DNA from: Phycisphaerales bacterium
GTDB taxonomy: Bacteria > Planctomycetota > Phycisphaerae > Phycisphaerales > SM1A02
Reading direction: 5' to 3'
Assembly (NCBI GenBank): GCA_014237965.1
Contig: JABABZ010000002.1
Coordinates: 1 to 47,180 of the forward strand
DNA length: 47,180 nucleotides
Below are positions 18,182 to 27,190 of this stretch, piece by piece (the first letter of the stretch is position 1; every line of letters starts with the position of its first letter). Both the position numbers and the translations under genes were made by a program. The notes under the pieces are model-generated. The model saw only the letters and a program-made list of their open reading frames with translations, did no database searches and was not told where the DNA came from.

Positions 18182-19474
18182 ATGCGAACCACCAGAGACG
18201 TCGGTCTCGTTCTGATTCTCCTGACGACCTGGAACTCGGCCGAGGCGTGGGTCGAGCCGGTTTCTCGTTCTGTATCTGATGAACGAGTCAATTCCGAGAT
18301 CGACGATCTTCGTGCGGAGATCGATGAATACCGCTCCGCCGTCACGGATGGCCCGATCGACCTCGAGCGACGAATGGAAGTCCGAAGTCTGGTGGTCGAT
18401 GTTCTGGATTCGTCGCGAGAACGCACTTCGTTCGCCGAAGCACCGTGGAACCGGCTCACCTCTTCGGACGGTCTCTTCACCATGCAGGCCGATGTCTTCA
18501 TCCAGTACGACTGGCTTCTGAATTCCACTCCGGGCGAAGCCACGCGGTATGGCACCGATCTGAACACGGCCCGGCTCACCCTGAGTGGTACGTTGTTTGA
18601 TCCCGCCTGGAGTTACGGCATCGCCACCTCCATCTACTCGGGCGGCGTTCCGACTCCTGAATACGCGTATGTGGAATATGAATTCGAGGATGGCCTGTTC
18701 GTACAGGTGGGAATTCTCCCGAATGCCTTCTCCATCGAACAGGCCATCTCGGTCACCGAACAGCTCGGCGCGTCACTCTCCTACGCCGCCGGACAGTTCG
18801 ACGCGGGACGTCCCGAAGGCCTCCTGGTCGGGAAACAGCTCGACGACCATCGCTTCTGGTTGACCTTCTCGAACGGGTGGGGACAGAGCTTCATCAACCC
18901 GCTCGAGAACCAGCGAATGGGTGTGATGGGTCGATTCGAATTCAAACCCTTCGGTGACTGGGATTCCCTCTACAGCTTCAACCCCTATCCCGGATCGACT
19001 CCCGATGGCCTGCTCCTGGGCATCGGCGGAGCCTACGACTGGGGGGATTACGACGTGAACGGACCATCCGCGATCTCCGGTGATGCCACTCGAGCGACCA
19101 TCGATCTCTCGTGGCAGAAATCCGGGCTCGGACTCATGGCGGCGGGCTACTACCAGGACGTTCCAGATGGTGGATCCGCAGGTGGAAGACGGTGGGCCGG
19201 CGTCGGCCAGGCCGCGTTCTTCCTCACTCCGACCTGGGATGTCTACACCCGCGGTGAGTGGGGGACGATTCTCGACAGCGGACAGCAGGATGTCGTGATG
19301 GCCACGATCGGAACCAGTTGGTTTCCGGCCGGGAACTCCAAGGTGAAGGTGACCGCGGAGTTCATCCAGTCATGGGGCTCGACCGCCAACTGGTTGGTCG
19401 ACGGCAACCTCGGGATCCTTCCGGTCGATGAGCCGCAGTCGATCATCCGTACTCAGGTTCAGCTGGCCTTCTGA
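18182..19474 (+). CDS. Outer-membrane beta-barrel porin (phosphate-selective porin O/P-like)
   Basis: Signal peptide VGLVLILLTTWNSAEA and a short N-terminal coiled segment (EIDDLRAEIDEYRSA). Alternating aromatic/polar beta-strand pattern throughout. C-terminus ends in ...RTQVQLAF (terminal Phe). The family assignment is tentative. Confidence 0.55.
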   Translation: MRTTRDVGLVLILLTTWNSAEAWVEPVSRSVSDERVNSEIDDLRAEIDEYRSAVTDGPIDLERRMEVRSLVVDVLDSSRERTSFAEAPWNRLTSSDGLFTMQADVFIQYDWLLNSTPGEATRYGTDLNTARLTLSGTLFDPAWSYGIATSIYSGGVPTPEYAYVEYEFEDGLFVQVGILPNAFSIEQAISVTEQLGASLSYAAGQFDAGRPEGLLVGKQLDDHRFWLTFSNGWGQSFINPLENQRMGVMGRFEFKPFGDWDSLYSFNPYPGSTPDGLLLGIGGAYDWGDYDVNGPSAISGDATRATIDLSWQKSGLGLMAAGYYQDVPDGGSAGGRRWAGVGQAAFFLTPTWDVYTRGEWGTILDSGQQDVVMATIGTSWFPAGNSKVKVTAEFIQSWGSTANWLVDGNLGILPVDEPQSIIRTQVQLAF

Positions 19475-20103
19475 GCGCCGTCGGCGCTGGAACGTGATCT
19501 GAGGAATTCCTTGAACTCCTCGATGAGTTCGTACTGGACCGGATTGTCCGGAAGGAACCAGTTCGTCCCGCTTTCGGTGAACACCGAAATGACGTTCGCG
19601 GCGATCGTGATTCGGAGCACCCACACGGTCACTCGAGATGCCGGTCCCATCCGATCGAGCGACTTGCTGACCGTCATGAAGCGGCTGAACATCAGGCTGA
19701 GACCACTGACCAGAAGGATCGTGCTGAAGACGATGAACGCCCAGGTGTAGAGATGCAGGCCGAACACCGCCTCGCCGTATCCGGGGTCGTCGGGGAGGAT
19801 GTGCAACAACACCTGTCGGCCGCTGATGAAGAGGCCGAGGACGGACGCGATGATCGACATGCCGAATCCGATGGACTGATCGACCTTCGAGTCGGATCCG
19901 CGCACCGAAGTCTGTTTGATGATGAACATCGGTCCCAACGCCGCGAGGAGCATGGCCATTCGCTGAAGCATGCAGAGCGGGCACGGGAGTTCCTTGCCGA
20001 CGAACTGGACCGCCATGGCCCCGAGCACCACGCCACAGACCCCCAGAACGTAGACGTGCAACAAGACGAATGAGACTCGCTGCCAGCCATGCAGGGTGTT
20101 CAT
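19459..20103 (-). CDS. DsbB-family-like membrane protein (CxxC only)
   Basis: Four to five TM segments with the DsbB/BdbC-type motif ELPCPLCMLQR after TM1. Apart from one Cys inside TM1 there are no other cysteines, so the second periplasmic Cys pair is absent. About 70 aa C-terminal extension. The 3' end overlaps the porin gene 3' end by 16 bp. Confidence 0.6.
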   Translation of the reverse strand: MNTLHGWQRVSFVLLHVYVLGVCGVVLGAMAVQFVGKELPCPLCMLQRMAMLLAALGPMFIIKQTSVRGSDSKVDQSIGFGMSIIASVLGLFISGRQVLLHILPDDPGYGEAVFGLHLYTWAFIVFSTILLVSGLSLMFSRFMTVSKSLDRMGPASRVTVWVLRITIAANVISVFTESGTNWFLPDNPVQYELIEEFKEFLRSRSSADGAQKAS

Positions 20104-20136
20104 GCGAAATTGCTCCCTGAGAAAACCGACATGCGA

Positions 20137-20295
20137 TCAGAAGCTGAGCCCGAGGCGATCAGTTGCATGATGCAGAAACAGAAGGGTGACACAGACCATC
20201 GAGACTCCGAAGAGGACCAGCGTCACTCTCGGATTCTTGCGGCGGAGCGTGAAGGCCGTCATCAGGATCAAGATGAAGATGAATGCTGCGATCAA
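20137..20295 (-). CDS. Small two-TM membrane protein (52 aa), hypothetical
   Basis: Within ORF 20137..20448, but only the last ~52 codons are clear of the M48 gene. TTG at 20295 with GGGAGAA 6 nt upstream gives MIAAFIFILILMTAFTLRRKNPRVTLVLFGVSMVCVTLLFLHHATDRLGLSF: two hydrophobic helices joined by RRKNPR. ATG at 20259 would give a 41-aa single-TM version. Confidence 0.4.
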   Translation of the reverse strand: MIAAFIFILILMTAFTLRRKNPRVTLVLFGVSMVCVTLLFLHHATDRLGLSF

Positions 20296-20341
20296 GAGCG
20301 CTTCTCCCGGCTTGGATCGGTGTCTCGGATGGAGCGGAACT

Positions 20342-22312
20342 TCAGGACGATACCCGGCCCGGAAGAACCGGTGGCATCGGGCAATCGAGCGTGGAGGCGA
20401 GGGCTCGGAGAAGTTCGACCTCGCCAATGGTCGCCTGGCCGTCGGCACAGATCACGTCGACCGCGGAATCTAGCATGCTCGAGCGATCCTTCCAGCGAAG
20501 TCGTTTCAGTTGATCCAGAGCCTCATCCAACGCCGTCACCGAACAGTCGTTCCGTCCGGGAGGGTCCAGATCACCGAGGTTCATTCGGCGTGCCCCGGTC
20601 CGGAAGGCGCCCAGCGCCTGGTCTTCGTTGCGAGCGCCGCTCCATGCGATCATGGCGAGGACGATTCGCACCGACCCTGCGAGCGTGGTGGACGACCGAT
20701 TGGGATTCGGGCTTCGGCTCGAACTGCTGCCGGTCAACCGACCGAAGTGGACGGATAGAAGTCGACCCACCAACCATTCGAATCGATCGATCCGGCCGTC
20801 CGCACCCTGCATGACATCCACCGCCTGCAAGAAGGCCGCGGCATCGGATTCGTCCATTCGGGCCAGGGCCGGCATGGCGAGATCGACCAGGACCAGACGC
20901 AGTTCGGGGTTGCCGGAAATGAGCCCCGCGATCGGAGCTCGAAGCCGCTTGATTTCGTGGATCGTTGCAGAGTCCATCGTCTTCGAGAGCTCGGCCGCCT
21001 GCGTGTGACGCACGCCTTCGTCGGCATCCACCAGCAGGAGCAAGCAGATCGCCTTGGCACCGATCATGTCATGAACCGCGTTCCGAACGCTGTCCGGAAG
21101 AGACGAGATCAACACGCGGGCGTAGGCGAGATGATCGGCATCGGCATCTCCGAGATGCGTGAGGCTCTCTCTCACCTCTTCCGCCCGCCGGACTTCCCGG
21201 CTTCCCGCATCGGCGACACCTGCTGCGGCGGCTGCGAATCCGGAGGCCAGTCCACTCGAGGATGCGGAGGTTGAACCGGGCGGTGCGGTTTCGGTCCGAC
21301 CTCCCACGTCCTCCGTGGGCCGATTCTCGATCCGCGCGATTCGGTCGGCCAACGGCGGGTGTGTCGCGAAGGAGGTCGATAGCGCGGAGGTGAAGAAGAA
21401 GTGCTGGAACTCGCTGGCGGCCGCCTGTTCGAGACGGTTGGTCTGGAAACCGCCGATTCGACGCAGTGCACCCGCGATTCCCGCAGGATTCCTCGTGTAG
21501 TCGACCGCCGCCGCATCGGCGAGGAACTCCCGCTGCCGACTCACCGCCGCCTGAATCAATCGTGCGGCCAACGTGCCGAGCGCGCCGATCGCCATCAGGA
21601 CGAGCCCTGCGACGATCACCCCGAGACCGAGCGCAGGCCCGGAGTTGTTCTTGCCTCCGCTTCGGGTGTGAAGCAGAACCGGGCCGATGAATCTGAAAGC
21701 GATGTAACCGATGAAACCGATCGCCATGATGCCGAAGATGAGTCCGGTCAGCCGGATGTTCAGCTTCATGTCGCCATGCACGATGTGACTGAACTCGTGA
21801 GCGATGACGCCTTGCAGTTCATCGCGAGAAAGCTGTTCGATGCACCCGCGGGTGACACCGATCACCGCGCTGTCGAATCCAAACCCGGCGGCGAACGCAT
21901 TGATCGAGGGGTCTTCCATGACGTACACGGGTGGAACGGGACATCCGGAGGCGATCGACATCTCCTCGACCACGTTGAGAAGTTTTCGAAGGTCCGGGTC
22001 TCGTTCATCCGGATGGACCAGCGCACCACCCAGTGCTTCCGCCACGGACTTTCCGCCGGAGGAGAGCTGCGCCGTCTTGATCAACGAGCCGATCAGGATG
22101 ACCAGGATGGTTCCGCCGCCGACCACCAGCAGGAGTTCGGGGATCCACCATCCGAGTGGAGTCTCGCTGTCTTGAGATGAAAACACCGCGACGGTGGCGG
22201 ATACGAAGTAGACCGCCGCGACGGTGCCCAGCACCGCCAGAAGGAACAGGATGACCAGTCGACCAGTCTGGGATCTGGCTCGTTCCTGATCACCGATGAA
22301 GTCCATCACCAT
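20342..22312 (-). CDS. M48-family (HtpX-like) zinc metallopeptidase with ~330-aa C-terminal extension
   Basis: Two N-terminal TMs, HExxH in VIAHEFSHIVHGD, two more TMs, then the third-ligand region SRQREFLADAAAV. The extension carries two similar helical modules containing ADG-x3-4-E (VMQGADGRIDRFEWLVGRLL and VICADGQATIGEVELLRALAS). Confidence 0.85.
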   Translation of the reverse strand: MVMDFIGDQERARSQTGRLVILFLLAVLGTVAAVYFVSATVAVFSSQDSETPLGWWIPELLLVVGGGTILVILIGSLIKTAQLSSGGKSVAEALGGALVHPDERDPDLRKLLNVVEEMSIASGCPVPPVYVMEDPSINAFAAGFGFDSAVIGVTRGCIEQLSRDELQGVIAHEFSHIVHGDMKLNIRLTGLIFGIMAIGFIGYIAFRFIGPVLLHTRSGGKNNSGPALGLGVIVAGLVLMAIGALGTLAARLIQAAVSRQREFLADAAAVDYTRNPAGIAGALRRIGGFQTNRLEQAAASEFQHFFFTSALSTSFATHPPLADRIARIENRPTEDVGGRTETAPPGSTSASSSGLASGFAAAAAGVADAGSREVRRAEEVRESLTHLGDADADHLAYARVLISSLPDSVRNAVHDMIGAKAICLLLLVDADEGVRHTQAAELSKTMDSATIHEIKRLRAPIAGLISGNPELRLVLVDLAMPALARMDESDAAAFLQAVDVMQGADGRIDRFEWLVGRLLSVHFGRLTGSSSSRSPNPNRSSTTLAGSVRIVLAMIAWSGARNEDQALGAFRTGARRMNLGDLDPPGRNDCSVTALDEALDQLKRLRWKDRSSMLDSAVDVICADGQATIGEVELLRALASTLDCPMPPVLPGRVSS

Positions 22313-22354
22313 GACGAATCGTCCCGGTCGCGCCTCGCAGGTCCAGAGATCGAA

Positions 22355-25060
22355 TCAGAATTCGACCGTCGCTCTGGAAGGATCGGCACCGGCTTCGTCG
22401 AACAGAAGCAGCTCGATCGGGCCTTCGCCGAGAAACGCGTCGGCGGGAACAGGGAGTTCGATCGAAGCGGTACCGCGGGCGGTCCGTCCACCCGGTTCAC
22501 AGAGAGCGTACCCGCCAAGATCGATCCCGTTCATCTTCACACGCCCTCGAGTCACGCCTTCCAGACGAAGAAGGCCCGACTGGACCTGCTTTCGGCGTGC
22601 CGCCGGGATCTTGAACTCGCTTCGAAGCCAGCGAGGAGCGGTCACGGCCTCCGTCACGGCAGGAACCCAATCCCCGATCCGAGGATCCGGCGATGTCTCC
22701 CAACGGCGAAGTCGCCAGTCAGCGGCTCCGATGATCTCCTTGACGACCTCGAACAGGTCGACCTTGATGTCGACGGACTCTTCCATCACGTGTTCCAGCG
22801 GAAGGATCTGGAACCGATTCCCACCTGCCTTGAATGCCTCGTCTTCGGCGGCGGTGAAGGACCGTCGATAACCCATCCGCCCGAAGACGTCGATCGGCGT
22901 GTCGTTGAGGAGAATCACCCCGGCGGAGCCGGCGGCGATCTCCAACACCACCGGAGTCTTTCTTCGGTGGGTGAATGCGAATTGCAATCCTTCATCGGAA
23001 GTTCGTTCGCCGTCCGCAGCACCGGGAATGAACGGTCGAAGGACGAACGGATCCATCGGATCGACCGGAACCCTGCTTGTTTCCACATCGCCCAAAGGAG
23101 ATATGGCGACCAGGGATCCTGGTCGATCACCATCACCGGGTGAGTGGATCCCATCGACGGTTCTTGGGGCGTGCCTCGCGAAGATCGCGATCTGATGCAC
23201 CCCCTTGATCGCGGGGATCGAGAGCCGTGCCTCTTCAATCTGGTTCATCTTCCGGCCATCGAGCCAGAAGTCGCCGGATCGGAGCCCGCCGAGCAATCTG
23301 TATTCCTGATCGGCCGCCGTCGTCTTCGCGAATGTGGTCTCCGCGGTGAACCATGCGTGATCCAGGCCGGCACCGATCGCCGCGAGACCGAGATCGCCAT
23401 CCACGGGTACGGAACGAGGATGGTCCGGCTTCCGGCAATCGGGTTCCTCCCAACTCAGCCAGGTCTTGATGCGGCGGGTTCCCCGCCCGGCGGTCTCCAT
23501 CGTCTTCGGACGGGATCGATTTCCGTCGGCATCGATTCGAATCGGCGCCATCCCTTCCAGTGGGACCACCGATCCATCCGTTCCGACCCGGCTGGCGCCG
23601 ATGACGATGGATTCGCCATCTTCCATCAAGGTGGCTGCCTGTCGCTCATTGAGTACGACGATGGTGAATCCCGCATGCTTCTCGATGATCGGACCGGATC
23701 CATCCTGACGATTGCGGGGGGCGGAGGCGGAGAATGGACGATCATCGATCGAGAGTTCGACCGACTCGCCTGAAGGGGCGGACACCACCAGCATTCGTCC
23801 CGCCAGAAGCGCGAGCGGAACACCGGTCACGTAGTCGAGCCGGCCCTCTCCCTGAAGGTCCGCATCAAGCAGCGTCCAGGTGAAGTCGGAATCACCGAAT
23901 CGGACCGGGATTCGTCGTCCTGTTCGATCGACCACATGCGTCGCGGTCGAATCGCCTCGACGGAAGAAGAAGATCACCGTTCCGGCGCCACCGGATCTTG
24001 GAACGGCCACCACACCATCGGCGTCATCGTCGGGGTCCACGACCATTGGTTGGTCGTCCGGATCCAGATCCGCCAGCACGCCACCGAAGTCTCGAGCGAA
24101 TCGAAGAATCGGAGATGCCTCCCGACCCAGATCGGTCGTCTCTCCAGAGCCATCGATGAGCGGAAAGGCGAAAGCGTTCGGCGCAATGGCACCGAAGTCG
24201 TCACATCCCGCCGCACCGGCCGGGAGGACTCCTTCGACACCATGAGCGATCAGGGGCTGCGCACCCGCCGCAAGGACTCTGGCCAGACGTCCGGAGAGAT
24301 CGTTTGAGACCGGAGACAGCCGCTTCGAGCCCGCGCGACGAAAGGCGTCGGCTGGCGATCGTTCCAACAGGCAGAATCTGGGCTTTCCAGGTTGCAGCGT
24401 GCCGACCTGTCGCAGGTTGGCGAAGAGGTCGTCCCATCCGCTCCAGGTCTCGATCGCGCCCTCCGTCTCCTGCCAGAAACCGTTGGCGGTGAGAATCGGA
24501 ACCGTGATGCCGCACTCCCGTGCATATCGAACGAGCTCGACGAGATAACCGTCAGCCGAAGACTTCGACCCACAGTTCCATCCGTGTTCGATCTGGACTC
24601 CGACGAGCGGGCCGCCACCGTCTTGATCAGCCTGGTGATCGGTGATCTCAGTGGTGATCCTCCTGAACCATGAGGAAGCGAGCTTCAGGAAGCCGGGTGT
24701 CCCCGTTCGTGATGCGACCTCGGGTCGATCGCTCAGCCAGGTCGGAAGGCCGCTTCCATCGAACGGGGCCCCGATGACCGGACCGATCCTGAGAATCACC
24801 CGAAGACCGGCCGACTGGGCGTCGGCGAGAAACTCGGAGATGTTCAAGTCACCGTCGAAGTCAAAGCGGCCCGCGATCGGTTCATGGAGGAACCAGGGAC
24901 ACGATGCGATGACGGTGTTGCATCCGAGCTGGGCGATGCGGCGGAGTCGATCGGCCTGCTGGGCGCGCGGGAGCATGGAGTACTCGCATCCGGCACCGAC
25001 CAGCGTGGTTCGGCGACCGGCGATGAGGAGGCTTCGACCGTCAAAGTTGATTGGTGGCAT
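22355..25060 (-). CDS. GH35-like beta-galactosidase-family protein (degenerate acid/base motif)
   Basis: Trimmed to ATG 25060 (MPPINFDGRSLLIAGRR...). GH35-like TIM-barrel start: CNTVIASCPWFLHEPIAGRFDFDGDLNISEFLADAQSAGLRVILRIGPVIGAPFDGSGLPTWL. The signature position reads GGGPLVGVQIEHGW instead of GGP..QxENEY. No signal peptide is evident. Confidence 0.7.
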   Translation of the reverse strand: MPPINFDGRSLLIAGRRTTLVGAGCEYSMLPRAQQADRLRRIAQLGCNTVIASCPWFLHEPIAGRFDFDGDLNISEFLADAQSAGLRVILRIGPVIGAPFDGSGLPTWLSDRPEVASRTGTPGFLKLASSWFRRITTEITDHQADQDGGGPLVGVQIEHGWNCGSKSSADGYLVELVRYARECGITVPILTANGFWQETEGAIETWSGWDDLFANLRQVGTLQPGKPRFCLLERSPADAFRRAGSKRLSPVSNDLSGRLARVLAAGAQPLIAHGVEGVLPAGAAGCDDFGAIAPNAFAFPLIDGSGETTDLGREASPILRFARDFGGVLADLDPDDQPMVVDPDDDADGVVAVPRSGGAGTVIFFFRRGDSTATHVVDRTGRRIPVRFGDSDFTWTLLDADLQGEGRLDYVTGVPLALLAGRMLVVSAPSGESVELSIDDRPFSASAPRNRQDGSGPIIEKHAGFTIVVLNERQAATLMEDGESIVIGASRVGTDGSVVPLEGMAPIRIDADGNRSRPKTMETAGRGTRRIKTWLSWEEPDCRKPDHPRSVPVDGDLGLAAIGAGLDHAWFTAETTFAKTTAADQEYRLLGGLRSGDFWLDGRKMNQIEEARLSIPAIKGVHQIAIFARHAPRTVDGIHSPGDGDRPGSLVAISPLGDVETSRVPVDPMDPFVLRPFIPGAADGERTSDEGLQFAFTHRRKTPVVLEIAAGSAGVILLNDTPIDVFGRMGYRRSFTAAEDEAFKAGGNRFQILPLEHVMEESVDIKVDLFEVVKEIIGAADWRLRRWETSPDPRIGDWVPAVTEAVTAPRWLRSEFKIPAARRKQVQSGLLRLEGVTRGRVKMNGIDLGGYALCEPGGRTARGTASIELPVPADAFLGEGPIELLLFDEAGADPSRATVEF

Positions 25061-25420
25061 GGGAGGGTGTTCGCTCAAGACCGCATCGGGAGGCGGGACA
25101 TTCCCTGAATGTGCTCCAATCGCCACCAAACGCTTCCTTCGATACGCTCTCTGGGTGTTCGGGATCGGAGAATTTGCCTCCTTTTCACCCGGAGAGGTTC
25201 GGGTGCTTCGGTCCAAAACCCCGTTTTTGACCCCTCAGAGGGTTTCGTGGCTCTTGGTGCCGCCTTTTCAGCGGCTGGGATTTCGTCCGCTGATCCCCTC
25301 GAAACCGGCGAGCCGATTGAAACTGATGACTCGTGATCGAAGAACCCGAGAGCCGCTCACCGGTTCACTGATCCCGAGCTGCCTCCGAACCCCGCCTCGA
25401 CCTCCGACCCGGAAACGCCC

Positions 25421-27157
25421 ATGTCCCCCCGCTCTTCCAGTGCTCGCAAAATCCTCGCCAGTGGGCTTCTGATCGGACTTGCCGGATGTGGTGAGCAGAT
25501 CCGCCAGGTCGATATCCGAACCGATGACCTGGTGAAGGAGCGAAATGCCGTGCTCGCTTCGGGGACCCGCCCGGCTCCGGCACTCGCCGCTGGTTCCTAT
25601 CCGGAGGGTCGGCCCTTCCCAAAGGACACGCCCGAACTGAACGAACCCTCGACGGTGGACCCCGCCGCGGGCGAGCTGGATTTCACCGGACGGACGGAAG
25701 CCGAGAGTGAAGCGGATGCGATCATCGAGCGGATTCGGCGACTCGCCGACACTCCGGTCGACGCCGAACCTCTGACGCTCGACTACGCGATCGCCTTTGC
25801 ACAACAGAACGCCACCGAATACACCGGCGCCGAAGAGACCTATCTCCTCTCGGCCCTCTCTCTGATCGTGCAGGAGCATCTCTTCGAACCACGGTTCTTC
25901 AACGAGACCACGATCGATGCAGGCGAAGGCATCGGTCGCTACGACGCAGCCCTCAGAGTCGCAAACGACTTCGGGGTCCGGCAGCGTCTGCCCTACGGTG
26001 GTGAGGTCACCGCTCGATTCCTCGCCGGTCTGACCCGGAAAATCGATGACGCGTCGACCGAGAATGGCGTGCAGAACGCTGGTTTCATCGTCGAAGGTCG
26101 ACTCCCGCTCCTCCGAGGTGGAGGCGTCGTCGCCAGAGAGAGCCTGATTCAAGCCCAGCGAAACCTCGTCTACGCCTCGCGATCCTTCGAGATCTTCCGC
26201 CGGGACTTCTATGTCGCGATCGTCACCGACTACCTCGGCCTCGTGCTGCAGCTCCAGGCGATCGCGAACGCCGAACGTGGCCTGGCCCTGAACCGGCAGA
26301 TCGAGGAACTCGAGACCGCACTGGTCGAGACCGGAAGATCACAACCATTCCAGGCCGACGAGGCGCGCAAGGACACGCTTGATGCCGTCGATGATCTCGC
26401 GTCACGCCAGGAGGCCTACCGACTCTCCCTTGATCGATTCAAGGTCCGAATCGGCATGGACCCCGAACGTCCGATGGTGATCGTCCCGACTGAAATCCAA
26501 CTTCCGATCCCGGAGGTCGATCGTGATCAGGCGATCCATTACGCCATGGAATATCGACTCGATCTCCAGACCAATCGTGACCAACTCCAGGACGCTCGGA
26601 GGCAGATTGATCTCGCAGAGAACGGACTCTTGCCGGATCTCGACCTCAAAGGGAATTTTCGGGTGGGCGGCAATGACGTGATCAATGGCGTCGACTTCGG
26701 AGAGACTCAGGCAAGCGGTGGGGTCTTCCTGAGTCTCCCGCTCGACCGAGTGGACGAGTCGGTCGCCCTGCGTCAGGCCCAGGTTCGATTCGCTCAGGAT
26801 GAACGTTTGTACGGCCGCTCCCTCGACGATGCGGCGGTCACCGTGCGTCAGTCGATTCGAGACATCGATCGCGCCCAGTTCTCGATTCTGCTTCAAGAGC
26901 GAAGTGTGGAGATCGCGGAGAATCGAATCGCCTCGATCGACGCGGCGCCGGACCGTGCCACGGCGAGAGACCGCACCACTGCGGTCGCCGGCCTTCGAAC
27001 CGCCGAAGACCGGCGTGACACTTCCAAACGTGACCTTCAGGTGGCGGTCTTGAAGTATCTCAACGCGACCGGCATTCTTCGGCTCACGCCTGAAGGGCGT
27101 CTCCAGCCCCTTCCGAACATGCCGGTCGGTGAAGTCATCGGCAGCATCTCACCCTGA
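25421..27157 (+). CDS. TolC-family outer-membrane efflux protein (lipoprotein-type signal)
   Basis: Lipobox LLIGLAGCGEQ. Two OEP-type repeats with long helical segments (e.g. YLGLVLQLQAIANAERGLALNRQIEELETAL and RFAQDERLYGRSLDDAAVTVRQSIRDIDRAQ). Confidence 0.8.
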   Translation: MSPRSSSARKILASGLLIGLAGCGEQIRQVDIRTDDLVKERNAVLASGTRPAPALAAGSYPEGRPFPKDTPELNEPSTVDPAAGELDFTGRTEAESEADAIIERIRRLADTPVDAEPLTLDYAIAFAQQNATEYTGAEETYLLSALSLIVQEHLFEPRFFNETTIDAGEGIGRYDAALRVANDFGVRQRLPYGGEVTARFLAGLTRKIDDASTENGVQNAGFIVEGRLPLLRGGGVVARESLIQAQRNLVYASRSFEIFRRDFYVAIVTDYLGLVLQLQAIANAERGLALNRQIEELETALVETGRSQPFQADEARKDTLDAVDDLASRQEAYRLSLDRFKVRIGMDPERPMVIVPTEIQLPIPEVDRDQAIHYAMEYRLDLQTNRDQLQDARRQIDLAENGLLPDLDLKGNFRVGGNDVINGVDFGETQASGGVFLSLPLDRVDESVALRQAQVRFAQDERLYGRSLDDAAVTVRQSIRDIDRAQFSILLQERSVEIAENRIASIDAAPDRATARDRTTAVAGLRTAEDRRDTSKRDLQVAVLKYLNATGILRLTPEGRLQPLPNMPVGEVIGSISP

Positions 27158-27190
27158 GTGGCTGGGCGGTCTCCGGTGCCGAAAGATCAT

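Noticed and set aside
20296-20448. Upstream part of ORF 20137..20448 (103 aa from ATG 20448)
   Set aside because: That part overlaps the 3' end of the M48 gene in another frame and is Arg/Pro-rich. Only the hydrophobic distal 52 codons, with their own SD and TTG, look like a real small protein.
25268-26152. 294-aa minus-strand ORF in the GH35/TolC divergent region
   Set aside because: Most of it is antisense to the TolC-family gene, which has a lipobox signal and OEP-type repeats. The product has no motif.
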